In this document: positions 38,900 through 49,513 of the stretch, in pieces | Numbering within the stretch: the first letter of the stretch is position 1 | How the letters are laid out: every line of letters begins with the position of its first letter | From: Myxococcota bacterium | GTDB lineage: Bacteria; Myxococcota_A; UBA796; CAJQPC01 | Direction of reading: 5' to 3' | Length of the DNA: 64,000 bases | Assembly: GCA_036229005.1 (NCBI GenBank) | Contig: JAZAMN010000011.1 | Span: 160,001-224,000 of the forward strand | The notes under the pieces: model-generated | Told to the model about the DNA's origin: nothing | What the model saw: only the letters and a program-made list of their open reading frames with translations | Database searches by the model: none | Position numbers and translations under genes: made by a program

Positions 38900-39817
38900 T
38901 CAATCTACGCCGACGGGGGTGGATTGGCCATGGCTGGCCTCTGACTCGCTGTCCCCATGGGGATGTGCCGCGCGGTGGACCTCCAGCAGGTGCTCCGCCG
39001 AGACATGGGCGTAGCGCTGGGTCGTCCCCAGGGATGCGTGCCCGAGCTGCTCCTGGATCGAGCGCAGATCCGCTCCCCCGCTCAGCATGTGGGTCGCGCA
39101 GCTGTGCCGGAGGGCGTGCGGGTGGAGACCGGCGACCCCACTCTGCAGCCCCGACTGCTGCGTCACCCGGTGGATCCAGCGCACCGACAGACGCTTGCCG
39201 TCCCGATTCAGGAAGAGCGGACCTGGCCCCTGCCCCCGGTGCTCAAGCCAGCGCTCCAGCGCCTCCATCGCGGCACCCCCCATGGGCACCTGCCGCTCCT
39301 TCCCGCCCTTGCCGGAGCGCACCCTCACCAGCCCCTGGTCCCAGCGGAGATCCCCGAGGTCCAGCGCCGCCAGCTCGGAGACGCGCAGCCCCGCCCCGTA
39401 GAGCAGCTCCAGGATGGCAGCGTTGCGGAGGGCATGCCATCCGCCCTGGATGGGGTTCTCCACCACATCGGCCGCCTGGTCTTCGGACAGGTGTCGGGGG
39501 AGTCTCTGGGGCAGGCGAGGCATCTGCAGGTGCTCCGCTGGCGAGTGCTCGCAGTGCCCGGCCTCCATCGCCCAGCGGTAGAAGCTGCGGTAGGCGCTCA
39601 TCCGCCGGCGCATGCTGGAGGCCGCCGGCGCGGTACCAGCCACCTGGGCCAAGTGCGCCCGGAGCTCCGCGGGGCGCGCGTCAACCAGCTCCACACCCCG
39701 CTCGGCGAGTGCATGCTCAAGTCGCTGCAGATCCCGGCCGTACGCCCGCAGGGTGTGGGGGCTCGCCCCGCGCTCTGCGCGCTGAAAGCCCAAGAACTGT
39801 TCCACCAACGACGGCAT
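38900..39817 (-). CDS. xerC: Tyrosine recombinase XerC
   Basis: SPHTLRAYGRDL, GLRVSEL, GKGGKER, HALRHS, LGHASLGTTQRY; neighbours topA and dprA. Confidence 0.88.
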   Translation of the reverse strand: MPSLVEQFLGFQRAERGASPHTLRAYGRDLQRLEHALAERGVELVDARPAELRAHLAQVAGTAPAASSMRRRMSAYRSFYRWAMEAGHCEHSPAEHLQMPRLPQRLPRHLSEDQAADVVENPIQGGWHALRNAAILELLYGAGLRVSELAALDLGDLRWDQGLVRVRSGKGGKERQVPMGGAAMEALERWLEHRGQGPGPLFLNRDGKRLSVRWIHRVTQQSGLQSGVAGLHPHALRHSCATHMLSGGADLRSIQEQLGHASLGTTQRYAHVSAEHLLEVHRAAHPHGDSESEASHGQSTPVGVD

Positions 39818-39890
39818 GCGTAGATGATAGCGCCCTTGCCGAATGCGCGACCCCGCTCTATAGCCCTGACCCTGCCCCGAGTGCGTCCAC

Positions 39891-42662
39891 GTGTCGAAGC
39901 CCCTGGTCATCGTCGAGTCCCCCGCAAAGGCCCGTACCATCTCCAAGTTTCTGGGGGACGAGTACCAGGTCGAAGCCTCCGTCGGTCACATCCGCGACCT
40001 CCCGCAGGGCAGCGCGGAGCTCCCCAAGCAGTACAAGGGGCAGCACTGGTCCGACCTGGCGGTGAACGTCGACAACGACTTCGAGCCCGTCTACGTCCTC
40101 ACCCCCCGCGGACGCGAGCAGGTCAAGAAGCTCAAGGCCATGCTCAAGGATGCCCCCGAGCTCCTGCTCGCAACGGATGAGGACCGCGAGGGTGAGGCCA
40201 TCGCGTGGCACCTGACCGAGGCCCTCAAGCCCAAGGTCCCGATCCGCCGCCTGGTCTTCCACGAGATCACCCGGCGCGCCATCGAGGCCTCCCTGGACAA
40301 CGCTCGGGACCTGGACATGGACCTGGTGCGCGCCCAGGAGACCCGACGGATCGTGGATCGCCTCTTTGGCTACCGCGTCTCCAAGGTCCTCTGGCGCAAG
40401 GTCAAGCCGCGCCTGAGCGCGGGGCGCGTGCAGTCCGTCGCGGTGCGCCTGCTGGTGGAGCGCGAGAAGGCCCGCATGTCCTTCGTGCCCTCCACCTGGT
40501 GGGACATGGACGGCGAGTTCAAGGCCGAGAGTGGCGACTACAGCGCCCGCCTGGTCTCCCTCGGAGAGCGCCGCCTCCCGCGCGGCAAGGACTTCAACCC
40601 GGACAACGGCGAGCTCTACAAGCCCGACGAGATCGCCCATCTGGACGAGGCCGGCGCGAACGCACTGCGCGAGGCGCTGCTGGCCGGCGCCGGGAAGGTC
40701 TCCGCGGTGGAGACCAAGCCCTTCAGCGAGAAGCCCTCGGCCCCCTTCACCACCTCCAAGCTCCAGCAGGAGTGCAACCGGAAGTTCCGGTGGAGCGCCC
40801 GCCGCGCCATGGGAGTGGCCCAGCGCCTCTACGAGAACGGCTGGATCACCTACATGCGTACGGACTCCGTGCACCTGAGCCCCGAGGCCATCTCGGCGGC
40901 TCGGGACTACGCCGTACAGAACTTCGGGCCGAACTTTGTCCCGGACAGCCCGCGTCACTACCAGACCAAGGCAAAGGGAGCGCAGGAGGCGCACGAGGCC
41001 ATTCGGCCCGCCGGCGAGACCTTCCGCTCGGTCGACGACTGCGCGGCGGCGATGGGTGCAGACGAGGCTCGGCTGTATGAGCTGATCCTCAAGCGCACCG
41101 TGGCCTGCCAGATGGCCGACGCGACCGGTCAGCGCATGAAGGTCGAGACCCAGGTCCAGGCCGACGGCCAGCCCCTGGCGACTTTCCGCAGCAACGGCAA
41201 GACCTACACCTTCCCGGGCTTCCGGGCCGTCTACGTGGCGACCTCGGGCAACGCCCAGGAGTCCGAGCTCGTGCTGCCGCCTCTGAGCGAGGGCGAGTCC
41301 TCCAAGGCCACCGAGCTGACGGTGTCCTCGCATACGACCCAGCCGCCCTCCCGTTTGAGCGAAGCGGCCCTGGTCCAGCGACTGGAGGAGTTGGGGATCG
41401 GCCGTCCGTCCACCTACGCCTCCATCATCGAGACCATCCAGAACCGCGGCTATGTCTTCAAGAAGGGCACCGCCCTGGTCCCGACCTGGACCGCGTTCGC
41501 GGTGACCCGGCTGCTGGAGGAACACTTCACGGGCCTGGTGAACTACGACTTCACCGCCACCCTGGAGGGCGGCCTCGACCGCATCGCTGTCGGAAAGGAG
41601 GAGCCCAAGGTCTACCTGGAGAGCTTCTACCGAGGCGCACAGCAGGGTGAGGGCCTCGAGGAGCTCATCGCGGCTGCCCTGGAGGCCGCCGATCCCCGCT
41701 CCATCTGCTCGATCCCCATCGGCGACAGCGAGGGCAACCCCGTCATCGCGCGTGTCGGGCGCTACGGCCCCTACCTGGAGCACGGCGACAACACCCGCAG
41801 CATCCCGGACGAGATGGCGCCGGACGAGCTCACCCTGGCCAAGGCCGTGGAGCTGCTCTCCGAGATGCCCGATGGCCCCCGGGAGCTGGGCGCGGATCCG
41901 GAGACCGGCCTGATGGTCACGGTGCAGACCGGCCGCTTTGGGCCCTACGTCCAGCTTGGCGAGCCCGAGGGCAAGAAGAAGCCCAAGCGGGCCTCGCTGC
42001 TCAAGGGAATGGAGGCCGAGGGCATCGACCTCTCGACCGCCCTCCAGCTCCTCAACCTGCCGCGCAGCCTGGGCAACGACGCCGAGGGCCATGAGATCCT
42101 GGCCTACAACGGCCGCTACGGGCCCTACATCAAGTGCAACGGCCAGTCCCGCAGCATCCCCGAGAACATCCACCTGCTCGAGATCAACAACGAGCAGGCG
42201 CTCAAGCTCCTCGCGGAGCCCGCGCGTCGGGGTCGCAGCAGCAGCGCTCCCCTCAAGGAGCTCGGCGAGGATCCCGAAGGCCGCAAGGTCGTGATCAAGA
42301 GCGGTCGTTGGGGCCCCTACATCACCGATGGCGACGTGAACGTGACCATGCGCAAGGGCACAGAGCCGGAGGAGATGACCCTGGACGAGGCGCTGCCCCT
42401 GCTGGAGGCCAAGCGCGCCGCTGGCGGCGGCAAGAAGAAGCGGACCACCAAGAAGGCCGCGGCGAAGAAGACCCCGGCCAAGAAGACTGCAGCCAAGAAG
42501 ACTGCGGCGAAGAAGCCCGCAGCGAAGAAGACTGCGGCGAAGAAGACCGCGACCAAGAAGGCCCCGGCGAAGAAGACGGCGACCAAGACTGACGCGCAGA
42601 TCGGCGAGGTCAAGGAGTCCGGAGTTCGCAGGACCGTCCGGCGCACGGTCCGGAAGAGCTGA
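39891..42662 (+). CDS. topA: DNA topoisomerase I (type IA) with Topo_C repeats and a Lys/Ala tail
   Basis: IVESPAK, DEDREGE, SAGRVQS, ITYMRTD, AQEAHEAIRP; four GRY/F/WGPY repeats. Confidence 0.97.
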   Translation: MSKPLVIVESPAKARTISKFLGDEYQVEASVGHIRDLPQGSAELPKQYKGQHWSDLAVNVDNDFEPVYVLTPRGREQVKKLKAMLKDAPELLLATDEDREGEAIAWHLTEALKPKVPIRRLVFHEITRRAIEASLDNARDLDMDLVRAQETRRIVDRLFGYRVSKVLWRKVKPRLSAGRVQSVAVRLLVEREKARMSFVPSTWWDMDGEFKAESGDYSARLVSLGERRLPRGKDFNPDNGELYKPDEIAHLDEAGANALREALLAGAGKVSAVETKPFSEKPSAPFTTSKLQQECNRKFRWSARRAMGVAQRLYENGWITYMRTDSVHLSPEAISAARDYAVQNFGPNFVPDSPRHYQTKAKGAQEAHEAIRPAGETFRSVDDCAAAMGADEARLYELILKRTVACQMADATGQRMKVETQVQADGQPLATFRSNGKTYTFPGFRAVYVATSGNAQESELVLPPLSEGESSKATELTVSSHTTQPPSRLSEAALVQRLEELGIGRPSTYASIIETIQNRGYVFKKGTALVPTWTAFAVTRLLEEHFTGLVNYDFTATLEGGLDRIAVGKEEPKVYLESFYRGAQQGEGLEELIAAALEAADPRSICSIPIGDSEGNPVIARVGRYGPYLEHGDNTRSIPDEMAPDELTLAKAVELLSEMPDGPRELGADPETGLMVTVQTGRFGPYVQLGEPEGKKKPKRASLLKGMEAEGIDLSTALQLLNLPRSLGNDAEGHEILAYNGRYGPYIKCNGQSRSIPENIHLLEINNEQALKLLAEPARRGRSSSAPLKELGEDPEGRKVVIKSGRWGPYITDGDVNVTMRKGTEPEEMTLDEALPLLEAKRAAGGGKKKRTTKKAAAKKTPAKKTAAKKTAAKKPAAKKTAAKKTATKKAPAKKTATKTDAQIGEVKESGVRRTVRRTVRKS
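42450..42590 (+). repeat. 15-bp coding tandem repeat (KKTAA/KKPAA) in the TopA tail
   Basis: Repeated aagaagactgcggcg-like units. Confidence 0.85.
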
Positions 42663-42686
42663 GAGTCGAGGCCCCAACCGGCGGCC

Positions 42687-42989
42687 TCATCCAAACAACA
42701 GCGGCCACTCCGCACCGAGCAGCTCTTGATGCTGCCGGCTCAGGCTGTCGTAGTTCTGGAACAGGAACTCGGCGATCCGAAGGCGGAGCGCGGCCCGATC
42801 CACTACGAGCTCTTCGCTTCGGAGGCTCTCACAGCTCGGTGAGAGCGACTCCATGAAGCGCTCGAGGCTCTCCTCATCCAGATGTCCCAGCTCCCCCAGC
42901 AGCTCCAGGTAGGCCTGGGCGTCGGGGGTCAGGACCAGGCTGCGGTAGCACCACTCACCGCAGACCGCGCTGTCATTGGACCAAGGCAT
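42687..42989 (-). CDS. Smg (DUF494)-like small protein
   Basis: LTPDAQAYLELL...HLDEESLERF...LFQN resembles the Smg C-terminal half; immediately downstream of dprA; start uncertain. Confidence 0.55.
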   Translation of the reverse strand: MPWSNDSAVCGEWCYRSLVLTPDAQAYLELLGELGHLDEESLERFMESLSPSCESLRSEELVVDRAALRLRIAEFLFQNYDSLSRQHQELLGAEWPLLFG

Positions 42990-43968
42990 AGCTTCCGGAA
43001 GGGAGCAGGCGTACCTGCTGGGTCAGCTCCCAGGCACTCAGCAGCGACAGCACCTGGCGGGGAGCCAGGCCCGTCCTCCGACTGAGTTCGGGGAGGTTCC
43101 CAGGTAGGGCAGCACGAAGCCGGGCTTGCGGCGACGCCGCGACCTCAAAGGGCTTGAGCACCCGATCCAGGTTCGCCAGCACTTGCGCCCCATCCACCAG
43201 GAGCTGGTTGGTCCCCGCCGCAGCGCTGACATCAATCCTTCCGGGGACCGCGAACACATCACGCCCCAGGAGACCGGCGGCCTCGGCCGTGTACAGGGCG
43301 CCGGAGCGCTTGCCCGCCTCCACAACGACCGTTGCCCGGCCGAGCGCTGCAATCAGCCGGTTCCTGCGTGGGAAGGCCCAGCGCGTCGCCGGCTCCAAGG
43401 GGAGCCGCTCGGAGACCAGCAGTCCCCCACCCTCCAGGATCCGCCTGTGCAGCCCGCCCGAGTCGCCGCCCGCTTCCACGTCCAGCCCTTGGGCCAACAC
43501 AGCCAGCGTGGGGCCCTCCAACTCCAGCGCCCCAACGTGGGCCGCCGTGTCGATCCCAAAGGCCGCGCCCGAGATCAGAGTTGCGCCTCGCTCAGCGCAG
43601 CCGCGTCCGAGTGAGCGCGCCACCTGCCGACCATAGGGTGTGCAGCGCCTGGACCCGACCACCGCCAGCCCCTCTCGATCCAGGAGCTCTGCCCTCCCCC
43701 GAAGGAAGACCACGGGTGGAGGCTTCTCCAGCTCAAGGAGCTGTCGGGGGTAGTCGGGTGACTCCAGGGTTCGCCACTGGTGCCCGCAGGCGACGCTGTA
43801 GCCGTCCTGGAGCTGCCCAAGCAGCCTTGGAGGCAGGCCCGCCGCAGCGAGCTCCCCCGGGGTCGCACGCAAGAAGCCTCGGCCCTTGAGGGCCTTGAGA
43901 ACACAACGCAGATCAAAGCTGCCGGACCACCGCGACGCAGCGGCCCACCGAGCGGGAATGACACTCAC
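42973..43968 (-). CDS. dprA: DNA processing protein DprA
   Basis: AVVGSR, SGAAFGIDTAAH, FPRRNRLIA, VVEA...SGAL, VFAVPG. Confidence 0.93.
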   Translation of the reverse strand: MSVIPARWAAASRWSGSFDLRCVLKALKGRGFLRATPGELAAAGLPPRLLGQLQDGYSVACGHQWRTLESPDYPRQLLELEKPPPVVFLRGRAELLDREGLAVVGSRRCTPYGRQVARSLGRGCAERGATLISGAAFGIDTAAHVGALELEGPTLAVLAQGLDVEAGGDSGGLHRRILEGGGLLVSERLPLEPATRWAFPRRNRLIAALGRATVVVEAGKRSGALYTAEAAGLLGRDVFAVPGRIDVSAAAGTNQLLVDGAQVLANLDRVLKPFEVAASPQARLRAALPGNLPELSRRTGLAPRQVLSLLSAWELTQQVRLLPSGSYALVQ

Positions 43969-44034
43969 AACACTCTCCCGAGAACGCGGGAGGGCGACGA
44001 CCTCGTGAATGCTAACGAAGCCGCCGTCTGTGAG

Positions 44035-45099
44035 CTACTTGACCTGGGTCGCGACCCGATCCCCCACGCGGATGGGCGCGCTGGCGTCCACGACCACGCC
44101 AGTGGAGGTGGCGTCTCCGACATAGGTCAGCACCACGCGGCCCACGACCTGCTCAGGGATCTGGTCCTGATCCTCGCGCGAGGAGACCATCAGGTCCCGC
44201 TGATGGACCACGTAGAAGCTGTTGCCCTCGCGGAGCCCATCATCCTGGCCCCGGTCGATGAACACCACCTCGCCGATGGACGCCAGGTGGTAGAGATCCT
44301 GACCACCACGAGCGACGATCGTGCCCTCCAGATCCCCCCGGGGCGGATCCACAGGCAGCTCGCTCACGACAGGGAATGCCGGCCCCACCAGGTCACCCCG
44401 GTGGACGGTGTCGTAGGCCTCGCGGATCACCGCAGTGACGCGCTCCTCCTCGTCGATGTGGACGATCCGAGCGGTCGCGGTGACCTGCCAGAGGTTCCCG
44501 TAGCGGAGCTTCTCCTCCGGGTGCCGGACCTTGTCGCCCTTATGGAAGAGGTTGACCACATCACCGCAGGCGAGCGCACCCGGGTCATCGACGTCGAGGT
44601 AGATCAGGTCCCCTTCCCCAAGCAGGGCGGCACCGGTCTTGGCGTTGGCGACCTTGCCCCAGGTCTCCACGTCCTCCTCCAGCGCGAGGAAGCTGGGCGT
44701 GGCCAGACGCTGCTGCTGGTAGCTGGACTCGAAGTGGACATCCGGCCCGCAGGCCATCGCCTCGGGCTCGATCTCCGGCGTCGGTGCCGTGTAGCCCTCA
44801 GGATCGGGGCTGCCGAAGGACATGCTCGGCGGCTCCAGGTCGGAGCCCATCGAGAACACGATCTCGTTGCCCGGGTAGATCCAGTGCGGGTTGGTGATGT
44901 ACTCGTTGAACGACCAAAGCTGCGGCCAGTAGTACGGGTCTCCCATGAAGGCTCGGGAGATGTCCCAGAGGGTGTCTCCCTCCTGGATGATGTAGCGATC
45001 AGGGTAGGCGGAAGCCTCACCTGCCTCGCTGCTGAGCATCACACCGCCCGACTGGGCGAAGAGGGGCCCGGAGAAGAGCGCCAGCATTCCCAACAACAT
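44035..45099 (-). CDS. LysM peptidoglycan-binding protein, TsaP-like
   Basis: GDTLWDIS...WPQLW...NPHWIYPG LysM domain; upstream of dprA as is typical for tsaP. Confidence 0.85.
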   Translation of the reverse strand: MLLGMLALFSGPLFAQSGGVMLSSEAGEASAYPDRYIIQEGDTLWDISRAFMGDPYYWPQLWSFNEYITNPHWIYPGNEIVFSMGSDLEPPSMSFGSPDPEGYTAPTPEIEPEAMACGPDVHFESSYQQQRLATPSFLALEEDVETWGKVANAKTGAALLGEGDLIYLDVDDPGALACGDVVNLFHKGDKVRHPEEKLRYGNLWQVTATARIVHIDEEERVTAVIREAYDTVHRGDLVGPAFPVVSELPVDPPRGDLEGTIVARGGQDLYHLASIGEVVFIDRGQDDGLREGNSFYVVHQRDLMVSSREDQDQIPEQVVGRVVLTYVGDATSTGVVVDASAPIRVGDRVATQVK

Positions 45100-45149
45100 C
45101 GCTCGACCTCGTAGCGTTGCGGCCATTGTCGCGGATCGGGAGGCCGAGG

Positions 45150-45497
45150 TCAATCGGCCTGCCGACCATAGTCATCCTCGTGACGGACGACATCATCAGG
45201 GTGAGCCGTGGAGACCTCGTAGACGCAAGCGTCCTCCACAGCGATGAAGCGGTGGATCCGGCCCGGGAGGATGCGCAGCGATTGGCCGACGCCGAGCTCA
45301 TGCTCCTCCAGCTCACCCTCTTCATCCGCGAGCACCACCCGGATGCGTCCCTGCTGGACGTAGATGGTCTCGTCCTTGACCACGTGGTGCTGCAGGCTCA
45401 GGCGATGACCTGAGCGGATGAACAGCAGCTTTCCCAGGTAGTGCGGGGTCTCGGCCCAGATCAGCTCGTAGCCCCAAGGCTTCTCAACGCGGCGCAT
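45150..45497 (-). CDS. Cupin protein (mannose-6-phosphate isomerase type II C-terminal-like)
   Basis: KPWGYE, LSLQHH..KDET, HRF, EVST...DDVVR.EDDYGR. Confidence 0.88.
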   Translation of the reverse strand: MRRVEKPWGYELIWAETPHYLGKLLFIRSGHRLSLQHHVVKDETIYVQQGRIRVVLADEEGELEEHELGVGQSLRILPGRIHRFIAVEDACVYEVSTAHPDDVVRHEDDYGRQAD

Positions 45498-46153
45498 CAG
45501 CGCACCTCTACAAGATCCACCCCGTGTCCTACCACTGCGCCGACCTCCCCCGCCAGCGCCTGTGCGGTCTCGGCATCCTTGAAGGGCCCGACCCGGACGC
45601 GGAAATGGGTCTCTCCACCGTAGAGCACAGACGCCAGACTCGCGGCCAGGCCCTCATCTTCCAGGAGCTGGATGCTTGCCTCAGCTTCCTCCCGGCTCTT
45701 GTAGGACGCGACCTCCAGCGACCAACCACCCTTCACCGCGTCAGTGGGTTCGCTCGGCGGAGCCGGCTCTGCCTGCGGGGCGGGGAGCACCTGAGCCGGG
45801 GGAGCCTCGATCTCCTCCGGGGCGACCGGGGCCTCCACCACAAGCTCAGGCGCGCTGAGCTCAGACGGGAACTCCAAGGTGGCGGCCTCTGCGTTGGGCA
45901 CCAGGTCCACTCGGGCGAGGAGCTCGGTGAGGGTGTCCTGCTCAAGCTCCGGGCCAATCAACGCGCTCGCCTGGCTCTCGTCAACCTCGGAACGCGCTGG
46001 CATCGGCGAGGAACTGCTTCCCCCCTCCCCCAGGAGGTACCCCAGGAAGAAGGTGGCGGTGCAGACAGCAGAGACGAGCACCAGGGCAGCTCCAAGCTGT
46101 CCTCGGCTCATCCAGATCGCACCTTCGCGGCGCATGGCGGGCATCTCACGCAT
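45497..46153 (-). CDS. Membrane-anchored SPOR-domain protein
   Basis: N-terminal TM, Pro/Glu linker, WSLEVASY...FRVRVGPF SPOR domain. Confidence 0.85.
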   Translation of the reverse strand: MREMPAMRREGAIWMSRGQLGAALVLVSAVCTATFFLGYLLGEGGSSSSPMPARSEVDESQASALIGPELEQDTLTELLARVDLVPNAEAATLEFPSELSAPELVVEAPVAPEEIEAPPAQVLPAPQAEPAPPSEPTDAVKGGWSLEVASYKSREEAEASIQLLEDEGLAASLASVLYGGETHFRVRVGPFKDAETAQALAGEVGAVVGHGVDLVEVR

Positions 46154-46205
46154 GCCGCAACCCTAACACCCTGGACCAGCCATTGTCTTGCCGCGTCAAG
46201 ACTTT

Positions 46206-46496
46206 TTAGGACCAGGCCTCGATCTCCTTCCAGTCGTCGAGGACCTCGGCCACGTGCAGCTCCTCGACAAAGTCAACGACCTTGTCCAGGGTGGACTCGA
46301 TGTGGCGCGCGTCGTTGCTGACCATCGAGATTCCAAACACGGCCCGGTCCCACTCGTCCAGCGCGTCCACCTCGGCGATGGACACGGGGAAGCGATTGCG
46401 CACGCGGTCCCTCACACGAGAGACCACGCTGCGCTTGTCCTTCAGCGAGAAGGTCCCGGGGATTCCCAGGACCAACCGCATCACACCGACTCTCAT
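46206..46496 (-). CDS. DUF503 (YlxP) family protein
   Basis: SLKDKRSVV...RNRFPVSIAEV; downstream of infB. Confidence 0.92.
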   Translation of the reverse strand: MRVGVMRLVLGIPGTFSLKDKRSVVSRVRDRVRNRFPVSIAEVDALDEWDRAVFGISMVSNDARHIESTLDKVVDFVEELHVAEVLDDWKEIEAWS

Positions 46497-46507
46497 TGAG
46501 GGGACGC

Positions 46508-49384
46508 TCACAGCTGGTGAGCGACCTCCTCCATGATGTAGGTCTCAAGCTCGTCGCCGACCTTGATGTCGTTGAAGTTCTCAAGGCCCAGACCACACTC
46601 GTAGCCGGTGCCGACTTCCTTGGCGTCGTCCTTGAAGCGCTTGAGGCTGGAGAGCTTGCCTTCCCAGACGACCACACCCTGGCGGGTGAGACGGCCCTTG
46701 TGGTTTCGACCGATGGTTCCGTCGACGACGTAGCAACCAGCGACCGTACCGACCTTGGGAATGCTGAAGGTCTCGCGGACCTCTGCGTGGCCCGTGACCT
46801 TCTCCTCGAAGACCGGGTCCAGCATGCCGACCAGAGCCGCCTTGAGATCGTCCAGCAGCTCGTAGATCACGCGGTAGTGACGGACCTCGACCTGCTTCTC
46901 CTCCGCTGCGCGGCGGGCCTTGGGGTCCGGTCGCACGTTGAAGCCGACGACGATGGCGTCGTAGGTGGAGGCCAGCGTGATGTCCGACTCGGAGATTGCG
47001 CCGACCGCTGCCTGCAGGATGTTGATGTCGGTCCCGTCGACCTCGACGTCCTTGATGGAGGACTTGAGCGCCTCCAGGGAGCCCTGGACGTCGCCACGAA
47101 CGATCAGGTTGAGCTTCTTGAGCTCGCCCTCTTCCTTGCGCTTGAACAGGTCCTGGAGGGTCATGCGCTTGTTGGCGCTGAGCGCGGCGGCGCGCTCAGC
47201 CTCAGCGCGGTGCTCCGCGAGAGATTTGGCGGCCTTGTCGCTCTTGACGACCGTGAACAGGTCGCCCGCTGCGGGCACGTCCTTGAGGCCGATGATCTCG
47301 ACCGGGGTGGACGGACCAGCCAGCTTGAGCTTCTTGCCGTTGTGGTCGGTCAGCGCGCGGACGCGACCGGCGACGGTGCCGAGGACCAGGGGCTCCTTGG
47401 GGTGCAGAGTGCCCTGCTGGACCAGGATGGTCGCGACAGCACCACGGCCCTTCTCGAGCCGGGCCTCAAGGACCACACCCTCTGCGTGGCGCTCCGGGTT
47501 GGCCTTGAGCTCCATGACCTCGGCCTGCAGCAGCACAGCCTCGAGGAGCTCGGGCACGCCCTCACCGGTGAGACCGGAGACGGGGAGCATCTGCACCTCG
47601 CCACCGTACTCCTCGGGGACCAGCCCATGCTCCATCAAGCGCTGCTTGACGGCATCCGGGTTGGCGCCTTCCTTGTCACACTTGTTGATGGCGACGACGA
47701 TGGGGACATCGGCGGCCTTGGTGTGGTTGATGGACTCGACGGTCTGCGGCATGATGCCGTCGTCCGCCGCCACCACCAGGATGACGATGTCCGTGGCCTG
47801 CGCACCGCGAGCGCGCATCTCCGTGAATGCGGAGTGGCCCGGGGTGTCGATGAAGGTGATCTTCTGGCCGTTCTTGGTGACCTGGTATGCACCGATGTGC
47901 TGGGTGATGCCACCAGCCTCGCCGCCAGCCACGTCCGCCTTGCGGATGGTGTCGAGCAGCGTGGTCTTGCCGTGGTCGACGTGGCCCATGACGGTGATGA
48001 CGGGAGGGCGGAGGACCGCGTTCTCCTCGTCCACGTCGCTGGACACCTCGATCATGTGGGACTCCTCCTGGAAGCCCACGTTGACGCACTCGTAGTCGAA
48101 CTCCTCGGCCACCATCGAGGCGGTCTCGAAGTCCAACTGGTCGTTGATCGTCGCCATCAGATCCAGACCCATCAGGGTCTTGATGATCGAGCCAGCCTTC
48201 TCACCCATCTCGTGGGCGAGCTGCTTGACGGAGATGGTGTTGTCGACCTGGACCTTGCGCTTCTGTGCCTTGGGCTGCGGGGAAGCCATCTTGGGAGCGC
48301 TGGAGTTCTTGCGCTTCCGGTTCCGCCGGCTGTTGCGCACGCGCTCCATGTTGATCTCGGTGCGGCCCTTGCGACCACGACCACGACCACGACCACGCCC
48401 GCGATCATCACCCGCTCCACCCGGAGCGTCCGGACGCCCCCGGTCGGGACGGCGACCGGCATCGGCAGCATCTCCGGGACCGCCCGCGGGGCGACCGTCG
48501 GCCCAGCGCTCGGGGGGACCGCCTGCGCGACCACCAGCGCCACCACCGACCTGACCACGGGTGGTCACACCGTGGGCGCGATCACGCTCCACACGCTGCC
48601 GGTGGTTCTGGGCATCGAATCCGGAAGGAGGCCGCACGACAGCGGACCCCAGACCGGGCAGCTTGGGCCGGGCAGGGCGAGCCTCCGCACCGGAGCGACG
48701 ATCGCTGCGGCGGGAGGTCTCGGGAGCTGCAGCCTTCGGCGCCGGCTCGGGCTCCGCGGCGGGCTTGGCGGCCTCGACCTTGGGCTCAGGAGCGGGCTCC
48801 GCCTTGGGCGCGGCGGCCTCAGGTGCGGAGGTCTTGGGCTCAGCCGCCTTGGGCTCGGCCTTGACCGCGGTGGGCTCAGGCTTGGCTGCTGCCTCCGGAG
48901 CCTTGGCCTCGGGAGCCGCCACCTGGGCGGGCTTGGACTCCACGGGAGGTGCGCTCTCAACCACGGGGGCGGGCTCGGGCTTTGCAGCCTCGACCGGCTG
49001 AGCGGGCGCCTGGGGAGCGGGCTCAGCGGCGGCCTGGACCGGAGCGGCCTCGGGAGCAGGGGCTTCTAGCGCCTGCTCGACCTTCGGGGCCTTGGCCTCG
49101 GCGGGCTCGGACGCCGGCGACTCCGCGGGCTTGGTGCGGCGCAGGGTCCGGCTCGGACGCTTGACCTCGCCTCCCTTGGGGAGGGACTGCGCGGGCGAGG
49201 AGGCCGCCTGGGGCGAATCCTTGCGCCGGCGACGGATCACAGTCTTGCGTCCGGTGCGGACACGAGTCTCCGTCTCGCGAGTCGTGGTTTCGGTACCCGT
49301 CTTGTCTTCAGTCGGCCGACGACGCGAGACAGTGCGCCGCGGAGACTTGGAGATTCGATCGAGGAGATCCTTGTTCGAGGCCAT
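46508..49384 (-). CDS. infB: Translation initiation factor IF-2
   Basis: [37 protein letters not shown]; long Pro/Ala/Glu/Lys-rich N-terminus. Confidence 0.98.
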   Translation of the reverse strand: MASNKDLLDRISKSPRRTVSRRRPTEDKTGTETTTRETETRVRTGRKTVIRRRRKDSPQAASSPAQSLPKGGEVKRPSRTLRRTKPAESPASEPAEAKAPKVEQALEAPAPEAAPVQAAAEPAPQAPAQPVEAAKPEPAPVVESAPPVESKPAQVAAPEAKAPEAAAKPEPTAVKAEPKAAEPKTSAPEAAAPKAEPAPEPKVEAAKPAAEPEPAPKAAAPETSRRSDRRSGAEARPARPKLPGLGSAVVRPPSGFDAQNHRQRVERDRAHGVTTRGQVGGGAGGRAGGPPERWADGRPAGGPGDAADAGRRPDRGRPDAPGGAGDDRGRGRGRGRGRKGRTEINMERVRNSRRNRKRKNSSAPKMASPQPKAQKRKVQVDNTISVKQLAHEMGEKAGSIIKTLMGLDLMATINDQLDFETASMVAEEFDYECVNVGFQEESHMIEVSSDVDEENAVLRPPVITVMGHVDHGKTTLLDTIRKADVAGGEAGGITQHIGAYQVTKNGQKITFIDTPGHSAFTEMRARGAQATDIVILVVAADDGIMPQTVESINHTKAADVPIVVAINKCDKEGANPDAVKQRLMEHGLVPEEYGGEVQMLPVSGLTGEGVPELLEAVLLQAEVMELKANPERHAEGVVLEARLEKGRGAVATILVQQGTLHPKEPLVLGTVAGRVRALTDHNGKKLKLAGPSTPVEIIGLKDVPAAGDLFTVVKSDKAAKSLAEHRAEAERAAALSANKRMTLQDLFKRKEEGELKKLNLIVRGDVQGSLEALKSSIKDVEVDGTDINILQAAVGAISESDITLASTYDAIVVGFNVRPDPKARRAAEEKQVEVRHYRVIYELLDDLKAALVGMLDPVFEEKVTGHAEVRETFSIPKVGTVAGCYVVDGTIGRNHKGRLTRQGVVVWEGKLSSLKRFKDDAKEVGTGYECGLGLENFNDIKVGDELETYIMEEVAHQL

Positions 49385-49513
49385 GCTTTCCTTTTTGCTC
49401 ACCCTTACAGGGCGAGCCCTTCAATCCTGCTGCCAACGGAGGCAGCACAAGACCGGAGGGGCCACGGTGAGCGAGGACCGCTCGCCAGGACCACTCCCAG
49501 TCGGCTGGGGGCT

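Noticed and set aside
38900..39817. Prophage or island integrase
   Set aside because: Size, motifs and dprA/topA context indicate housekeeping XerC; no phage or conjugation genes nearby.
48340..49380. Separate repeat element within infB
   Set aside because: Low-complexity Pro/Ala/Glu/Lys and GR-rich N-terminal regions are normal for IF-2.
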